The notes under the pieces are model-generated. The model was given only the letters and a program-made list of their open reading frames with translations. It did no database searches and was not told the DNA's origin. From Sorangium sp. (lineage in GTDB: Bacteria > Myxococcota_A > Polyangia > Polyangiales > Polyangiaceae), in the NCBI GenBank assembly GCA_019695485.1, contig JAEUAF010000335.1, positions 2,343 through 66,342 on the forward strand: DNA of 64,000 nt, given 5' to 3'. Below are positions 28,741 to 39,300 of this stretch, piece after piece. Position numbers and translations under genes: made by a program. Position 1 is the stretch's first letter, and the number at the start of each line of letters is the position of its first letter.

Positions 28741-29406
28741 CTAGCGTTCTAGCGGCTGCGGTTGGATCCGGGCATCCGCGGTTCGTACACTGAGCGTGGG
28801 CAACACGCCGTCCACGACCAAGCGAAGTCGACGCGCCACCTCGTGATCGCGCCCCGCTCCACGCACGCGCGTCACGAAGTGCATTGCAACGCAGCGCCCT
28901 ACGCTGGCGCCAAATAGCGTGGCATGGCCGACAAGCGTGTCGCCCACGTCTTCCAGGCTCACGCTGAGCTCGCCTCGCAGGTCGCCGGGCAACGTCAGCG
29001 AACGCCGCTCGATGGCGCTCTCCGCCTCCACGCGCGGCAGGTCCGGGTGCTCGAGTCGAGCTTCTGCCTCACACTCCTCGGGCCGCACAAGGCGGGCGGC
29101 GCGCTTGACGGTGAGCTCGAGCCGCGAGTGACTGGGCGCGTGTTCGAGCTCGACCCAGTGTTTGCCGGCAACCTCCCTCCAGCTTTGCGCTTCGGGCACG
29201 CTCAACTCGAGCGCGATACGCGCGAGTTCTAGCTTCCCCCAGCCGCTGTCGCGCAGCGCGACGACCGCCGGATCGACTGGCGGTTCCGAGCGTGTCGGGG
29301 GCTCGCTGCGCTGCACTGTGGGTGGCGTCGCGGGCGCCACGGGGTGGCATGCTGGCGAGAGCTCCGCGAGCGCGATCAGAGCGGCAAAGCCAAGGAACCT
29401 GGGCAT
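28741..29406 (-). CDS. Hypothetical lipoprotein
   Basis: MPRFLGFAALIALAELSPA-C; start trimmed because the longer ORF overlaps the opposite-strand gene. Confidence 0.6.
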   Translation of the reverse strand: MPRFLGFAALIALAELSPACHPVAPATPPTVQRSEPPTRSEPPVDPAVVALRDSGWGKLELARIALELSVPEAQSWREVAGKHWVELEHAPSHSRLELTVKRAARLVRPEECEAEARLEHPDLPRVEAESAIERRSLTLPGDLRGELSVSLEDVGDTLVGHATLFGASVGRCVAMHFVTRVRGAGRDHEVARRLRLVVDGVLPTLSVRTADARIQPQPLER

Positions 29407-29490
29407 TCGCGGGCTGTCTATAGCCTGTCTGCGGGCGCGTGGGGTAAGTGCCGCTTGCCCCTTCGCCCGGTCGAGTGAAATAGTGGGGTC

Positions 29491-29919
29491 GTGAGCGACG
29501 CCATCGACGCCCGGACTTTCGAATCTCGTTACCGAGAGCTGGTTTCCGATTTCGCCAAAGAGCGCGGCAACACCGCCTGCGTGGAGTGCGAGCGCTGTCA
29601 GGGCTGCACTAACAGCACCTTCTGCAAAGACTCCGAGCGGCTCTTGCGCTGCCACTTCTGTGTTCGCTGCCAAGGCTGCACGGACTCCGCGCATTGTCGC
29701 AACAGCCGGGGCGTCATCGGCTGCCAGCACTGTGTCGAATGCGAGAACTGCGCGTCGAGCTCCTACCTTGTTCGCTGCGTGGGGCTTTCGGGGTCGACTT
29801 ATTGCTTTGGTTGCGTCGGGCTCAGCAACAAGGACTTTCATATCCTCAACGAGCCCTTCCCGCGCCGCGAGTACTTCGCGATCACGAGTCGCTTGATGAA
29901 AGAACTGCGACTTGGCTGA
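29491..29919 (+). CDS. Cys-rich CxxC-repeat protein (probable beta-helix)
   Basis: 17 Cys in period-3 register; ends CFGCVGLSNKDFHILN. Confidence 0.8.
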   Translation: MSDAIDARTFESRYRELVSDFAKERGNTACVECERCQGCTNSTFCKDSERLLRCHFCVRCQGCTDSAHCRNSRGVIGCQHCVECENCASSSYLVRCVGLSGSTYCFGCVGLSNKDFHILNEPFPRREYFAITSRLMKELRLG

Positions 29920-29941
29920 CTCGCTTCGGCTTGGCTAAATC

Positions 29942-30280
29942 ATGGCCTTGCAGCCTGATCCGTCGCTCGACGCGCTGTGGAAACGCGTGCTCGACGCCTG
30001 GGAGGAGGAGGCGCCGCACCTCGCCTTTCTCGAATACTGTCGCGCTACGGACCGCCTGGTCGAGGCAGCCGTGCGCTATCGCGGCATGACCGGAGACCGG
30101 GACCGAGCGGAGCGCGCCGAAAAGAAGCTGAAGAGCGTAGCGTTTTTGGCGATGAGCCAACTCGAGATCAATCGCGCCACAGAGCGCCGCCCACCGAGGC
30201 GCTATCTCAGCTACGGCCTGCTCACCTTCTTCATGGTGGCGACGATCGGCCTTTTGGCCTACGTCCTGGCCGCGCGTTGA
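29942..30280 (+). CDS. Hypothetical protein with C-terminal TM anchor
   Basis: Helical domain followed by YGLLTFFMVATIGLLAYVLAA. Confidence 0.7.
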   Translation: MALQPDPSLDALWKRVLDAWEEEAPHLAFLEYCRATDRLVEAAVRYRGMTGDRDRAERAEKKLKSVAFLAMSQLEINRATERRPPRRYLSYGLLTFFMVATIGLLAYVLAAR

Positions 30281-30458
30281 AGGGAATCTTTTGGTAGCGG
30301 TTCACGTTTCCTAGACCGGAAGTTCCATTGGGTCTTCGTGTGTTATAGAGCCCTGCCCGATCACGGCTGGCTCCGCAGCCGACCGCCACGGCGAGTTGCT
30401 GATTCGCGAAGAGCGCCCCCCTCGGGTGCCCGCTGACCCCCTTAGAAAGGATGAAGTC

Positions 30459-31004
30459 GTGAGAATTCCTGCAATCATTTGGTTCGCCGCGAGCGCTGCC
30501 TTGGCTGCGTGCGGCTCCGATCCGCCTCCCCCCGCCAAGTCGGCGCCGCCGCCCGTGGCCAGCCAGCCCCCGCCAGCCGCTCCTGTGGCGCAGCCGGCAA
30601 ATCCGAAACCTGACGACAACCCGACGCAGTCGAACCTCAATATTTCCGACGAGATTCGCAAGGCCTGCGGCATCACGGACACGGAAGCATTCTTCGCGTT
30701 CGACTCCGCGAACGTTCGCCCACAGGACAAGGTCGTTCTGAAGAAGCTGGCTGATTGCTTCAGCACGGGGCCGATGAAAGGGCGTCATATGCGGCTCGTC
30801 GGTCACGCCGATCCGCGTGGTGATGAGGAGTACAACCGCGTGCTCGGACAGCGCCGTGCTGACAATGTCAAAGGCGCCATCGCCTCGGTCGGGCTCGACT
30901 CCGCCAAGATGGACACCACTTCGCGGGGTGAAGACGATGCGACTGGCACCGATGACGCTGGCTGGGCCAAGGACCGCCGCGTCGACATCCTCGCGGGCTC
31001 CTGA
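30459..31004 (+). CDS. pal: Peptidoglycan-associated OmpA-family lipoprotein (Pal-like)
   Basis: LAA-C lipobox; FAFDS, GHADPRGDEEYN..LGQRRA, SRGE, DRRVD; adjacent to tolQRAB. Confidence 0.82.
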   Translation: MRIPAIIWFAASAALAACGSDPPPPAKSAPPPVASQPPPAAPVAQPANPKPDDNPTQSNLNISDEIRKACGITDTEAFFAFDSANVRPQDKVVLKKLADCFSTGPMKGRHMRLVGHADPRGDEEYNRVLGQRRADNVKGAIASVGLDSAKMDTTSRGEDDATGTDDAGWAKDRRVDILAGS

Positions 31005-31009
31005 GCGCC

Positions 31010-31702
31010 ATGCAGGCTGATCCTGCCCACGCGGTCGTCGCCCAGAAAGCGCTGGATCCGATCGGCTTGATGCTGGGCGCGTCCGGCGTCGTGCTGGTCG
31101 TGCTCGTGATCTTGGTGGTCGCGGCGGCCTTGGTCTGGCTGATCTGGTTCCTGAAGTTTGCGCAGCTTTCGCGGCTGCGCGGCGCGTTGCGCGCGTTCGA
31201 GCGTGCCACCGAGAACGTGCCGCGCGGCGCCGATTTGGTGGCGCTCGCGGAACGCCACAAGGGTTCGCCCGGAGCTCGCGTGGTGCTCGCGGTTGCGCGG
31301 CGCCAAGAGGCGAGCGCTGCTAGTTCGGAGCTCTTGGGCGCGATTGCGCGGCGCGCTGTTACTACCGAGCAGCAGCGAGCGATGGCATTGATGCCCACGC
31401 TTTCGAGCATCGCCTCGGCCGCACCCTTCGTGGGGCTGTTCGGCACGGTGTGGGGCATCATGGACGCGTTCTTGCGCATCGGCGTCGAAAAGAGCGCCTC
31501 CCTCCCCGTGGTGGCTCCCGCGATTGGCGAAGCGCTGATCGCGACGGCGTTCGGACTGGTTGCGGCCATCCCGGCCACCATCGGCTACAACTACGTCGAC
31601 AAGCGCATTGGAGATCTCGTGGATGAATTGACCGCGAGCTCCGACGTGTGGGTCGAGACGCTGGCAGAAGCCGATCGCGGCGCGAACCCCTATCGGAGGT
31701 GA
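31010..31702 (+). CDS. tolQ: TolQ/ExbB proton channel
   Basis: APFVGLFGTVWGIMDAF, EALIATAFGLVAAIPA. Confidence 0.88.
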   Translation: MQADPAHAVVAQKALDPIGLMLGASGVVLVVLVILVVAAALVWLIWFLKFAQLSRLRGALRAFERATENVPRGADLVALAERHKGSPGARVVLAVARRQEASAASSELLGAIARRAVTTEQQRAMALMPTLSSIASAAPFVGLFGTVWGIMDAFLRIGVEKSASLPVVAPAIGEALIATAFGLVAAIPATIGYNYVDKRIGDLVDELTASSDVWVETLAEADRGANPYRR

Positions 31703-31709
31703 GTCCCCG

Positions 31710-32144
31710 ATGGCGATGAAGCTCGGTGGTCGACGGCGCGGCGGGTTTCGCGACATCAACGTCACGCCGCTGGTCGACGTAATGCTGGTGCTGCTGGTTG
31801 TCTTCATGGTGACGGCGCCGCTCCTGACCACTGGGCTTCGCATCGAGTTGCCCGAGGTGAAGGCGGCTCAAACGCCGGTCAAGGACGCGCGGCTGCTCGT
31901 GACGATCACCAAAGATGAGCGCGTGCTGTTCGGTGAGGAGGACGTCACTGGTCGCGTGGACGCTGCACTCAAAGAGAATGCGCGCGTGCAAAAGGAGCGC
32001 GAGCTCTACATTCGCGCGGACAAGAACGCCCACTACGGAATCGTTGCCGAGGTGGTAGCCGCAGCCCGCAACAGCGGCGTCGAGTCGTTGAATCTGTTAG
32101 TGGAGCCCGAGGTCGAGGAAGAGCCTCCGGCCCCGAGAAAATAG
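31710..32144 (+). CDS. tolR: TolR/ExbD
   Basis: INVTPLVDVMLVLLVVFMVTAP, IRADK. Confidence 0.88.
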   Translation: MAMKLGGRRRGGFRDINVTPLVDVMLVLLVVFMVTAPLLTTGLRIELPEVKAAQTPVKDARLLVTITKDERVLFGEEDVTGRVDAALKENARVQKERELYIRADKNAHYGIVAEVVAAARNSGVESLNLLVEPEVEEEPPAPRK

Positions 32145-32152
32145 GCGCGACG

Positions 32153-33103
32153 ATGAGTGTGAGTCGCGCCGCGTCGGTCCGAGAGCGAGTCTTCGAGCCC
32201 AACGAAGTGGCGCTCGCGACTGCGGCGACCGCGGCGGTGCTGAGCGCGTTCTTCGCGCTCTTGATCTTCGCGGGCCAAAATCGCACCCAAGTGCCGAGGA
32301 AGGAGCAGCCGGAAGACAAGCTCGTGCCTATGGCGGTGCGCCCGGTGCTCGATGATCTGCCGCTCTTGAAGCTCGGCGGGAAGAAGCTCCGTCCCAAGCT
32401 GCCCGACATGTGGAGGAAGAATCCCCCGGTGCAGCGCTTCGAGGCGGCCAGCGCGCCGTCCCCGAAGGCCGCCAAAACGCCCGACGCCCTCCCCGAGAGC
32501 CCGCTCGCAAAAGCCGATGCTGCCGCGCCGCCGCCGGATGCGGAGATCGCGAAGCACGTCGATCAAGTGCTGCTCGACGCCGGCCCTAACGCCGCCCCGA
32601 CCGTCGAGGGAGAAGGCGCCGCAGACGGCGTAAAACAAGGGACGGAGACCGATCCGCTCAAGGCGCGCGCCGTGAGCCAGTACCAGAGCAAGCTCTTGGC
32701 GTGGTTCGACGTGCGCTTCCGCCCGCCGGATTCGGGCATTCCCTGCGCCGAGGTCAAGAAGCTCGGCGCGAGTGTCAGCGTACAGGTTGGCCCCGACCGC
32801 CGCGTCACTGGCTACGCCCTGGGCGGCAGTAGCGGAAACCCCATCTTCGACGAGCGCGTGCGATCCACGATGGACCGCATCGTAGGTGAGGAGTTGCCGC
32901 CGCCACCCCCTCTTTACCCGGACATCCTGAATCAGAATTTCCCCGTCCGGTTCTCTGGAAAGAAAGCCCCATGCGACGAAAAGCCCGCCCTACCCTCGAC
33001 GCCTGCTCCTTCGGCGGCGCCCTCGCCGGCGGCACCCGCCCCACAATCTCCAACGCCTGCGCCGCCCTCGCCTCCCGCCGAGCCTTCGGAGCCGCCTCCC
33101 TAG
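32153..33103 (+). CDS. tolA: TolA/TonB-like energy transducer
   Basis: N-terminal TM, Pro/Ala linker, SSGNPIFD TonB_2-type C-terminal domain; position in operon. Confidence 0.72.
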   Translation: MSVSRAASVRERVFEPNEVALATAATAAVLSAFFALLIFAGQNRTQVPRKEQPEDKLVPMAVRPVLDDLPLLKLGGKKLRPKLPDMWRKNPPVQRFEAASAPSPKAAKTPDALPESPLAKADAAAPPPDAEIAKHVDQVLLDAGPNAAPTVEGEGAADGVKQGTETDPLKARAVSQYQSKLLAWFDVRFRPPDSGIPCAEVKKLGASVSVQVGPDRRVTGYALGGSSGNPIFDERVRSTMDRIVGEELPPPPPLYPDILNQNFPVRFSGKKAPCDEKPALPSTPAPSAAPSPAAPAPQSPTPAPPSPPAEPSEPPP

Positions 33104-34410
33104 CGCTTGGTGTGCTGATGGCGGGCGGTGTCGCGCGCGCCGAAGGGGGAGGGTCCGCCCCGCCAGCAACACCCGACGAGGGCGTACTCGGCGAGCTCGT
33201 CGTGACTGGCACCCACCAGGAGAAGCTGCCGCGCATCGCGGTGTTGCCCTCGCTCTCTCCGGACTTGGAGGATGTGATCGTGCGCGGGGTCGTTCGACGC
33301 GACCTCGAACTCACGGGTCTGTTCGACGTGATTCCGGATTCGAAGGCGCCCATCGGCATGTACGGGTTCGACGACGCCATCGACATCGAGGCGTGGCGTG
33401 CGCTCGGCGCCGAAGCGATAGTCAAGGTTGCCGCGCGCGCCGACAACGCGCCCGGCAAGATCCAGGTGCTAGGCGTCGCCTACTTTCTGAACGTAGGTAA
33501 GGAGCCGGTCTATCAAAAGAAGATCGTGGTCTCCAAGGACGACGCGCGCGTCACGGCGCATCGCGTGACGGACGCTTTACTCGGGGCGCTGACGGGTCGT
33601 CCCGGTGGCTTTGCGAGCGAGCTCACGTTTTCCGCGCGCTGGGCCAAGAACCGGCGCATCTTCAGGGTAGATGCGGACGGCAACGGCCTCGCGCCGCTCA
33701 CCGAGCCAAATGATCACGCGATCGCCCCAGCGTGGGGGCCCGCGCATTCCGTCTATTACTTGCTGAGTCGGAACTACGCACCCTACGCGCTCTATGCGCT
33801 GGCCGGCGGAGTGCACAAGGCGATCGCCGTGCCCTTCAAGACGTCCCTGTACGGCGTGGCGTTCGACAAGAGCGCGACCAAGATGGCGCTCGCGGTCAGT
33901 GCCGACGCGGAGAGCGCGATCTACGTCGGTGCGCCCGATGGCTCGGGCATGCAAAAAGTGTCGACCACGAACCTAGCGACGCACCCCGCCTTCAGCCCCT
34001 CGGGAAAGCTCGCGTGGGTAGGCGGCGACGCGCATCAGGGCAGTCAGCGCATTTACGTCGATGGCAAGGCGGTTTCGCCGTCGGGCTTCACGGCGGCGTC
34101 ACCCGTGTTTTGCGACACCGAGGACGGCGTGCGTCTGATCTATTCGGTTGCCGTCGGCAACGATCGCCAAGACCTGGTGATGTCGAGTGAAGACGGCCGC
34201 GGCATGGCCCGGCTCACGCAAAATCAAGGCTCCAACACCTCGCCCGCCTGCAGCCCCGACGGTCGCTTGTTGGCGTTTTTTTCCACGCGCAACAAGCAGC
34301 CCGGCATCTACCTGATGTCGCTGAAGCGCTTTCGGACCCAACAAATCTCGAGCCAGCTCGGCGAGGCGTTGCGCTGGGCGGCGCTGCCGAGCGTAGCCGG
34401 CGCGCCGTAG
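32971..34410 (+). CDS. tolB: TolB-like beta-propeller protein
   Basis: RRDLELTGLFD, AHRVTD, PD40 repeats PAWGP/PAFSPSG/PACSPDG; start uncertain (32971 or 33112/33118). Confidence 0.85.
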   Translation: MRRKARPTLDACSFGGALAGGTRPTISNACAALASRRAFGAASLALGVLMAGGVARAEGGGSAPPATPDEGVLGELVVTGTHQEKLPRIAVLPSLSPDLEDVIVRGVVRRDLELTGLFDVIPDSKAPIGMYGFDDAIDIEAWRALGAEAIVKVAARADNAPGKIQVLGVAYFLNVGKEPVYQKKIVVSKDDARVTAHRVTDALLGALTGRPGGFASELTFSARWAKNRRIFRVDADGNGLAPLTEPNDHAIAPAWGPAHSVYYLLSRNYAPYALYALAGGVHKAIAVPFKTSLYGVAFDKSATKMALAVSADAESAIYVGAPDGSGMQKVSTTNLATHPAFSPSGKLAWVGGDAHQGSQRIYVDGKAVSPSGFTAASPVFCDTEDGVRLIYSVAVGNDRQDLVMSSEDGRGMARLTQNQGSNTSPACSPDGRLLAFFSTRNKQPGIYLMSLKRFRTQQISSQLGEALRWAALPSVAGAP

Positions 34411-34422
34411 CGGCGTGAGCCT

Positions 34423-35007
34423 TCAGACGAGGAGTGAGCTCAACGCCATCGGGATCTGCGCGTCCCCGGAGATTTGGATCTTGCCGTTCATCATCAGCTC
34501 GAACGGGTTGGACTCACCGCGCTGCATCGCCAAAAAATCGCTGAGCAGACAGCGCACCGTACACTCGGCGCTCGCGTTGGGGGTTTGCACGCCCGGCGTC
34601 AGCCAGACCTCGTGACTCGCTTGGTCGTCGCTGAGGATGAATGCCACGCTACCTGGTACTCCTCGAATCAGCCCGATGCGTTCGGCGTCGAGCGTCAGCG
34701 CGCGCAAGAGAGCGAGCTTGTGCTCGCTGTTGTCGAGATCGCCCGACACCCACTCGGCGCCGCGGACGAACACGGGTTCGAATGCGGCTTCCCCGAGACG
34801 AACTTGCACGATGGTATCGTCGGGCAGCCCTTCGGTCACCTTGAGCTCGCCGCCGAGCAGGCGCACGGAAAGAGGCGGACGGGCGCCGACCGCGAACACG
34901 ATCGCTCCCGGAGAGCTCACAGACCCCAGCTGCTTTTGCAGCGTCGCGAAGCTCGAAGGTAGCCAGGATCCGAAGAACTCTTCTGGCGTGCGAGGCACAG
35001 CACCCAT
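34423..35007 (-). CDS. SCP2 (sterol carrier-like) domain protein, probably tandem
   Basis: DFLAMQRGESNPFELMMNGKIQISGD. Confidence 0.75.
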   Translation of the reverse strand: MGAVPRTPEEFFGSWLPSSFATLQKQLGSVSSPGAIVFAVGARPPLSVRLLGGELKVTEGLPDDTIVQVRLGEAAFEPVFVRGAEWVSGDLDNSEHKLALLRALTLDAERIGLIRGVPGSVAFILSDDQASHEVWLTPGVQTPNASAECTVRCLLSDFLAMQRGESNPFELMMNGKIQISGDAQIPMALSSLLV

Positions 35008-35016
35008 GATCTCGAA

Positions 35017-35319
35017 TCAGCTCCGAACCAGTTGGCTGATGGCGTGGGTTTCGCGGGCCCCGAGGAGCCCGAATTGCACCCCGAAGCCGGTCTTGTCGGT
35101 CCAGCGCACGACTGCAGGAAGCGTCAGCACACCTTTGGTGCGTGGCAGCTGAACCTCGATGGTAAGCTCGTCGCCAAACGCGACCGGTTCGTTCGTGTCC
35201 AAGTACATACCGCCCATACCAATGTCCTTCGCGTGTCCGGCGAAGGTCGAGCCATCGCGGCGCCGACAGGTTGCGGGCACGTCGACCGTCGTTCGAGGAT
35301 GAACACGCTTTTCGACCAC
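35017..35319 (-). CDS. Stand-alone PilZ domain protein
   Basis: EKRVHPR (RxxxR), DIGMGG, AVVRW..GFGVQF; start trimmed to GTG 35319. Confidence 0.85.
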   Translation of the reverse strand: MVEKRVHPRTTVDVPATCRRRDGSTFAGHAKDIGMGGMYLDTNEPVAFGDELTIEVQLPRTKGVLTLPAVVRWTDKTGFGVQFGLLGARETHAISQLVRS

Positions 35320-35425
35320 GATCTTCTTCGTACGCTGCGCCCCCAGGCGAGGCAATGTCCTTCGTGCTTGGCGCAACGGACAGCGCTTTCCGCGTGCGGG
35401 CTCAGCGTGGATGGTCGGGTGCGAT

Positions 35426-36319
35426 ATGGGAGCTAACGAGCGCATCAGCCTGGCCCGCCATCTGGACGGGTGGCAGCTTGGCCTACTGGCCGTGACGATT
35501 GCCGGGCTCTCGGTCTGGCTGGGCCTGCCGCGACCCGTCGACCCGGATCGAATTCCACTGCCAGTCGTGGACCGACGGGTGCTAACGCGCATCGATCGGC
35601 TAGACCTCGAGCGTGTGGCGCGGGCAGAGCGCGAAGGACTGGTCTTCGAGGTGCGTGCCCTCGGCGAGCAAGTGAGGCGCTATGGGTCTGCGTCGGGCCA
35701 TCACCACGCAGGGGCTGCGGCCGCCGCTCGGGAGGAAGCTCTCCGACTGCGCCGCAGCGTCGAGCGAACACTCGGCCCGGAGCCCATTTGCGAGCTGCGC
35801 GCGCTGCAAACAGCCCTCTTCTTGGAGGCGGTTTCCCGCTACGAGCAGCGCGGGCACGCTGATCGCGAGCTAGAGGAGCTCGCCGGCGATTTCGTCGAGC
35901 ACGCCCGCGCGGCGGGCTGGTTGGACGCGGGGCGTCGCTGGACCATTACGAGGAGCGAACTCGCGGTGCTCTACCGGCTACGCTGGGCCGAGCTCACCGG
36001 CGCACTGGAGAGTCGCGTGTTGCGCCCCGCGCTCGACGAGTTTCGGCTCTACTATCGGGTCCTGATCGAGCACCCAGAGGGCGACTCAGCCGCGCTGCGC
36101 GACGAAAAGCGCTTGTCGTACGTGGGCGCGTTGAGTCGTATCGATGACGAATATCCTGGGGAGCTCGCGCGCGGTGTCGTGCTGCTGCGGATGGGGCGTC
36201 CGCAGGCGGCCCTCGACGCCTTCGCGGCGCATGGCGCGACGCACGGCGATGGTCCCTGGAGCTTGCGCGCGCGCAACTACGCGCTTTCAGCGCTCGCGCG
36301 CGGCGGTTCGGCGGAGTAG
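35426..36319 (+). CDS. Membrane-anchored hypothetical protein with C-terminal TPR-like motif
   Basis: N-terminal TM; LARGVVLLRMGRPQAALDAF. Confidence 0.65.
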   Translation: MGANERISLARHLDGWQLGLLAVTIAGLSVWLGLPRPVDPDRIPLPVVDRRVLTRIDRLDLERVARAEREGLVFEVRALGEQVRRYGSASGHHHAGAAAAAREEALRLRRSVERTLGPEPICELRALQTALFLEAVSRYEQRGHADRELEELAGDFVEHARAAGWLDAGRRWTITRSELAVLYRLRWAELTGALESRVLRPALDEFRLYYRVLIEHPEGDSAALRDEKRLSYVGALSRIDDEYPGELARGVVLLRMGRPQAALDAFAAHGATHGDGPWSLRARNYALSALARGGSAE

Positions 36320-36335
36320 ACCCGAGCCCTCGCTG

Positions 36336-39300
36336 ATGTCCGAGCCCGCGATTCTGGATGATCCCGCTGTAAACCTCATGCTCCCGGCCGATCGCCGGTT
36401 GCTCGGGCTCACTACGCTCGCGAGCGAGGTGCTTGCCAACCGAACGCTGCGGCATGTGACCGATGCCCAGGGCGCCGCACCGACCTTGGTGGCGCACGCG
36501 CTAGCGCTCGCAGGGGCCGAGCGGGTGCTGTACGTCGCTGCGGACGCCGACGCAGCGCGGCGCGCGAGCTCCGACCTGGCCGCTTTCGGTCGCGGGTTAC
36601 CGATTTTGCACGAGCTCGCGCGCGCATCGAGTGCCGACTCGCCGCCGCTCGGTTTGGCCGTTTCCGAAACCACCGCCTACTCCGATGCCCATCCGGACCG
36701 ACGCGCGGCGATGAACCGCGCCGCGGGCCTGTTTCACATGGCGCGGGGCCTTCCCTTTCGATTCGCCGTTGTCACCGCGGCAGCCCTGGTACGTCGTGTC
36801 GTGCGGCCGCAAGTGCTGCGGGAAACCGGGCTGTTCGTCGAGGCAGAGGGCGGGTTCGACGTCGGAGAGAGCGCACGAATTCTGATCAATGCGGGCTACT
36901 TGCGCGCGCCCGTCGTGGAGGACCCGGGAACGTTCGCTGTACGCGGTGGTCTTGTCGACGTGTGGCCGAGTGGGGCGGAGCTTCCAGTGCGTATCGAGCT
37001 CTACGGCGACCTCGTGGTGACGCTGCGAAAGTTCGATCCAGACGACCAGCGAACGCTCGAGGAGATTCGCTCGCTCTGGATCGCGCCCGCGCGTGAAGTC
37101 TCGATCGACGCCCAAGCAGAAACGCAAGCCCGACTCCGGCTGCGCGCGCTGTGCGACGAGGTCGACTATCCGTCCAGCAAAGCGCGCGCGTTCATCGACG
37201 ACATCGCGACTGGGCACGCCTACTTCGGGCTTGAGGGCTTTTTGCCAGCGTTTCACCCGCTCACCTCCCTGCTCGACTATTTCGGTCCGGACGTGCCGCT
37301 GGTGGTCGAAGATCCGGCCGCCGTAGTGCGCGTCGTGCGTGATGAAATCGAGCGCGGCCGCGCCGGCGAGATCGCGCGCAAGGGCTCCCCCCACTTTCCG
37401 TTCGAACAGCTGTACGTCGACGAGAACGAGTTGAATCGCGGACTCGATGCGCGCGCGGTCGTGTGTGTACACCGCAGCACGGTAAGTGCGCCGGTCGACC
37501 CAAACTCGATCGAACGGCTCGAGGCCGCTCCCGCTGACGCGGACGCGCTCGCCATTCGTGATCACGCGGACCTGTCGCGGGCTGGAAAGCAGGCCCGGGC
37601 GGGTCGGGGCAAGGCCGCGTCGCTCGAGCCGCTGCTGAAGCGCATCCGAATTTGGCAGGAAGCCGGCCTGGCAATCACGCTGGCCGCGCGCACGCGCACG
37701 CAGGCAGACCGCGTCGGCGCGCTGCTCGGACACCGGGGGATCACCGTGGTTGCGCTCGACGGAACGCCCGCCGTCGATGCGGTCGACAGGCGCGCTGTGA
37801 TCGGGATCTGCGTTGCTCCGTTGTCGCGGGGAGCGATCGCGCCCGCCGACGGCTTCGTGCTGGTGACGGAGGAGGAGATCTTTGGTCAACGGGCACACCG
37901 ACCGCCGTCACGCCAACGCCAGACGCGCGCGCTACTCGAGGACCTGCGTGCGCTCGCGCCCGGCGACTACGTGGTCCACGTCGACCATGGCATTGGACGC
38001 TATCTGGGACTCGAGCGTAAAGACGTCGGCGGTGTCAGTGTGGATCTCATCGTCGTCGAGTACAGCGGCGGCAAGCTGTTTCTGCCTGTGTACCGGCTCA
38101 ATCAGATCGAGAAGTACTCGGCAGGCGACTCTGCGCCGCGTCTCGATCGGCTCGGCGGGCAGACCTTTTCGAAGACCAAGGCCAAGGTTCAACAGCGTGT
38201 GCGCCAGATGGCGGACGAGCTCTTGCGGCTCTACGCCGAGCGCAACGCGGTGAAGAAGACAGCGCTGCCCGCGGTCGACGACGATTACGCGGCGTTCGAA
38301 GCGAGCTTTCCGTATGACGAGACGCGCGACCAGGCTGCGGCGATCGCCGATGTGATTCGAGACCTGAGCAATGAGCGCGTCATGGACCGCTTGGTTTGCG
38401 GAGATGTCGGCTTCGGAAAGACCGAGGTCGCGCTGCGCGCCGCGTTTTTGAACGCCAATGCAGGGCGCCAAGTGGCGCTGCTCTGCCCCACCACGGTGCT
38501 TGCCCAGCAGCATTTCATGACCTTTTCCTCGCGCCTGGAGGACTACCCGATCACGGTGCGCGTGCTGAGTCGCTTTCAATCCAAGAGCGAGCACCTCGAG
38601 ACCTTGAAAGGTCTGAAAGAAGGCTCTGTCGACGTCGTGGTGGGCACCCACCGTTTGCTCTCGAAGGATGTTCATTTCAAAAACCTGGGTTTGCTCGTGG
38701 TCGACGAGGAGCAGCGCTTCGGTGTCGTGCACAAGGAGCGCATGAAGCAGCTGCGCGCCGCAGTTGACGTGCTCACGCTGAGCGCGACGCCAATCCCGCG
38801 CACGTTGCAATTCGCGATCGGCGGATTGCGCGACATGTCGATCATCACGACGCCTCCCGTCGATCGCCGCGCGATCCGCACGATAACCTCACAATTCGAC
38901 CCAGAAATCGTGCGTCAGGCCGTCGAGCGAGAGCTCGAGCGCGGCGGACAGGTGTTCTACGTCTACAACCGGGTCGAGGGGATCTACGAGCGCGCCGAGC
39001 GACTGCAGGCGCTCGTGCCACGCGCGCGCATCGCGGTCGGTCACGGCAAACTCAGCGAGGATGCGCTCGAGCGCACGATGTTCGACTTCGTCGCGGGCGA
39101 GTACGACGTGCTGGTGGCTACGGCCATCATCGAGAGCGGGCTCGATATTCCGCGCGCCAACACCATGATCGTCGACCGCGCCGATCTGTTCGGCCTCTCA
39201 CAGCTCTATCAGTTGCGCGGTCGCGTCGGTCGCGGCAATGAGCGTGCTTACTGCTACTTGCTGGTGCCCCCGGCGAGCCAGATGACGGAGGAAGCTCGCT

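Noticed and set aside
31010-32144. TolQ/TolR pair as the AglRQS gliding motor
   Set aside because: Context with TolA-, TolB- and Pal-like genes and a single TolR fits Tol-Pal better.
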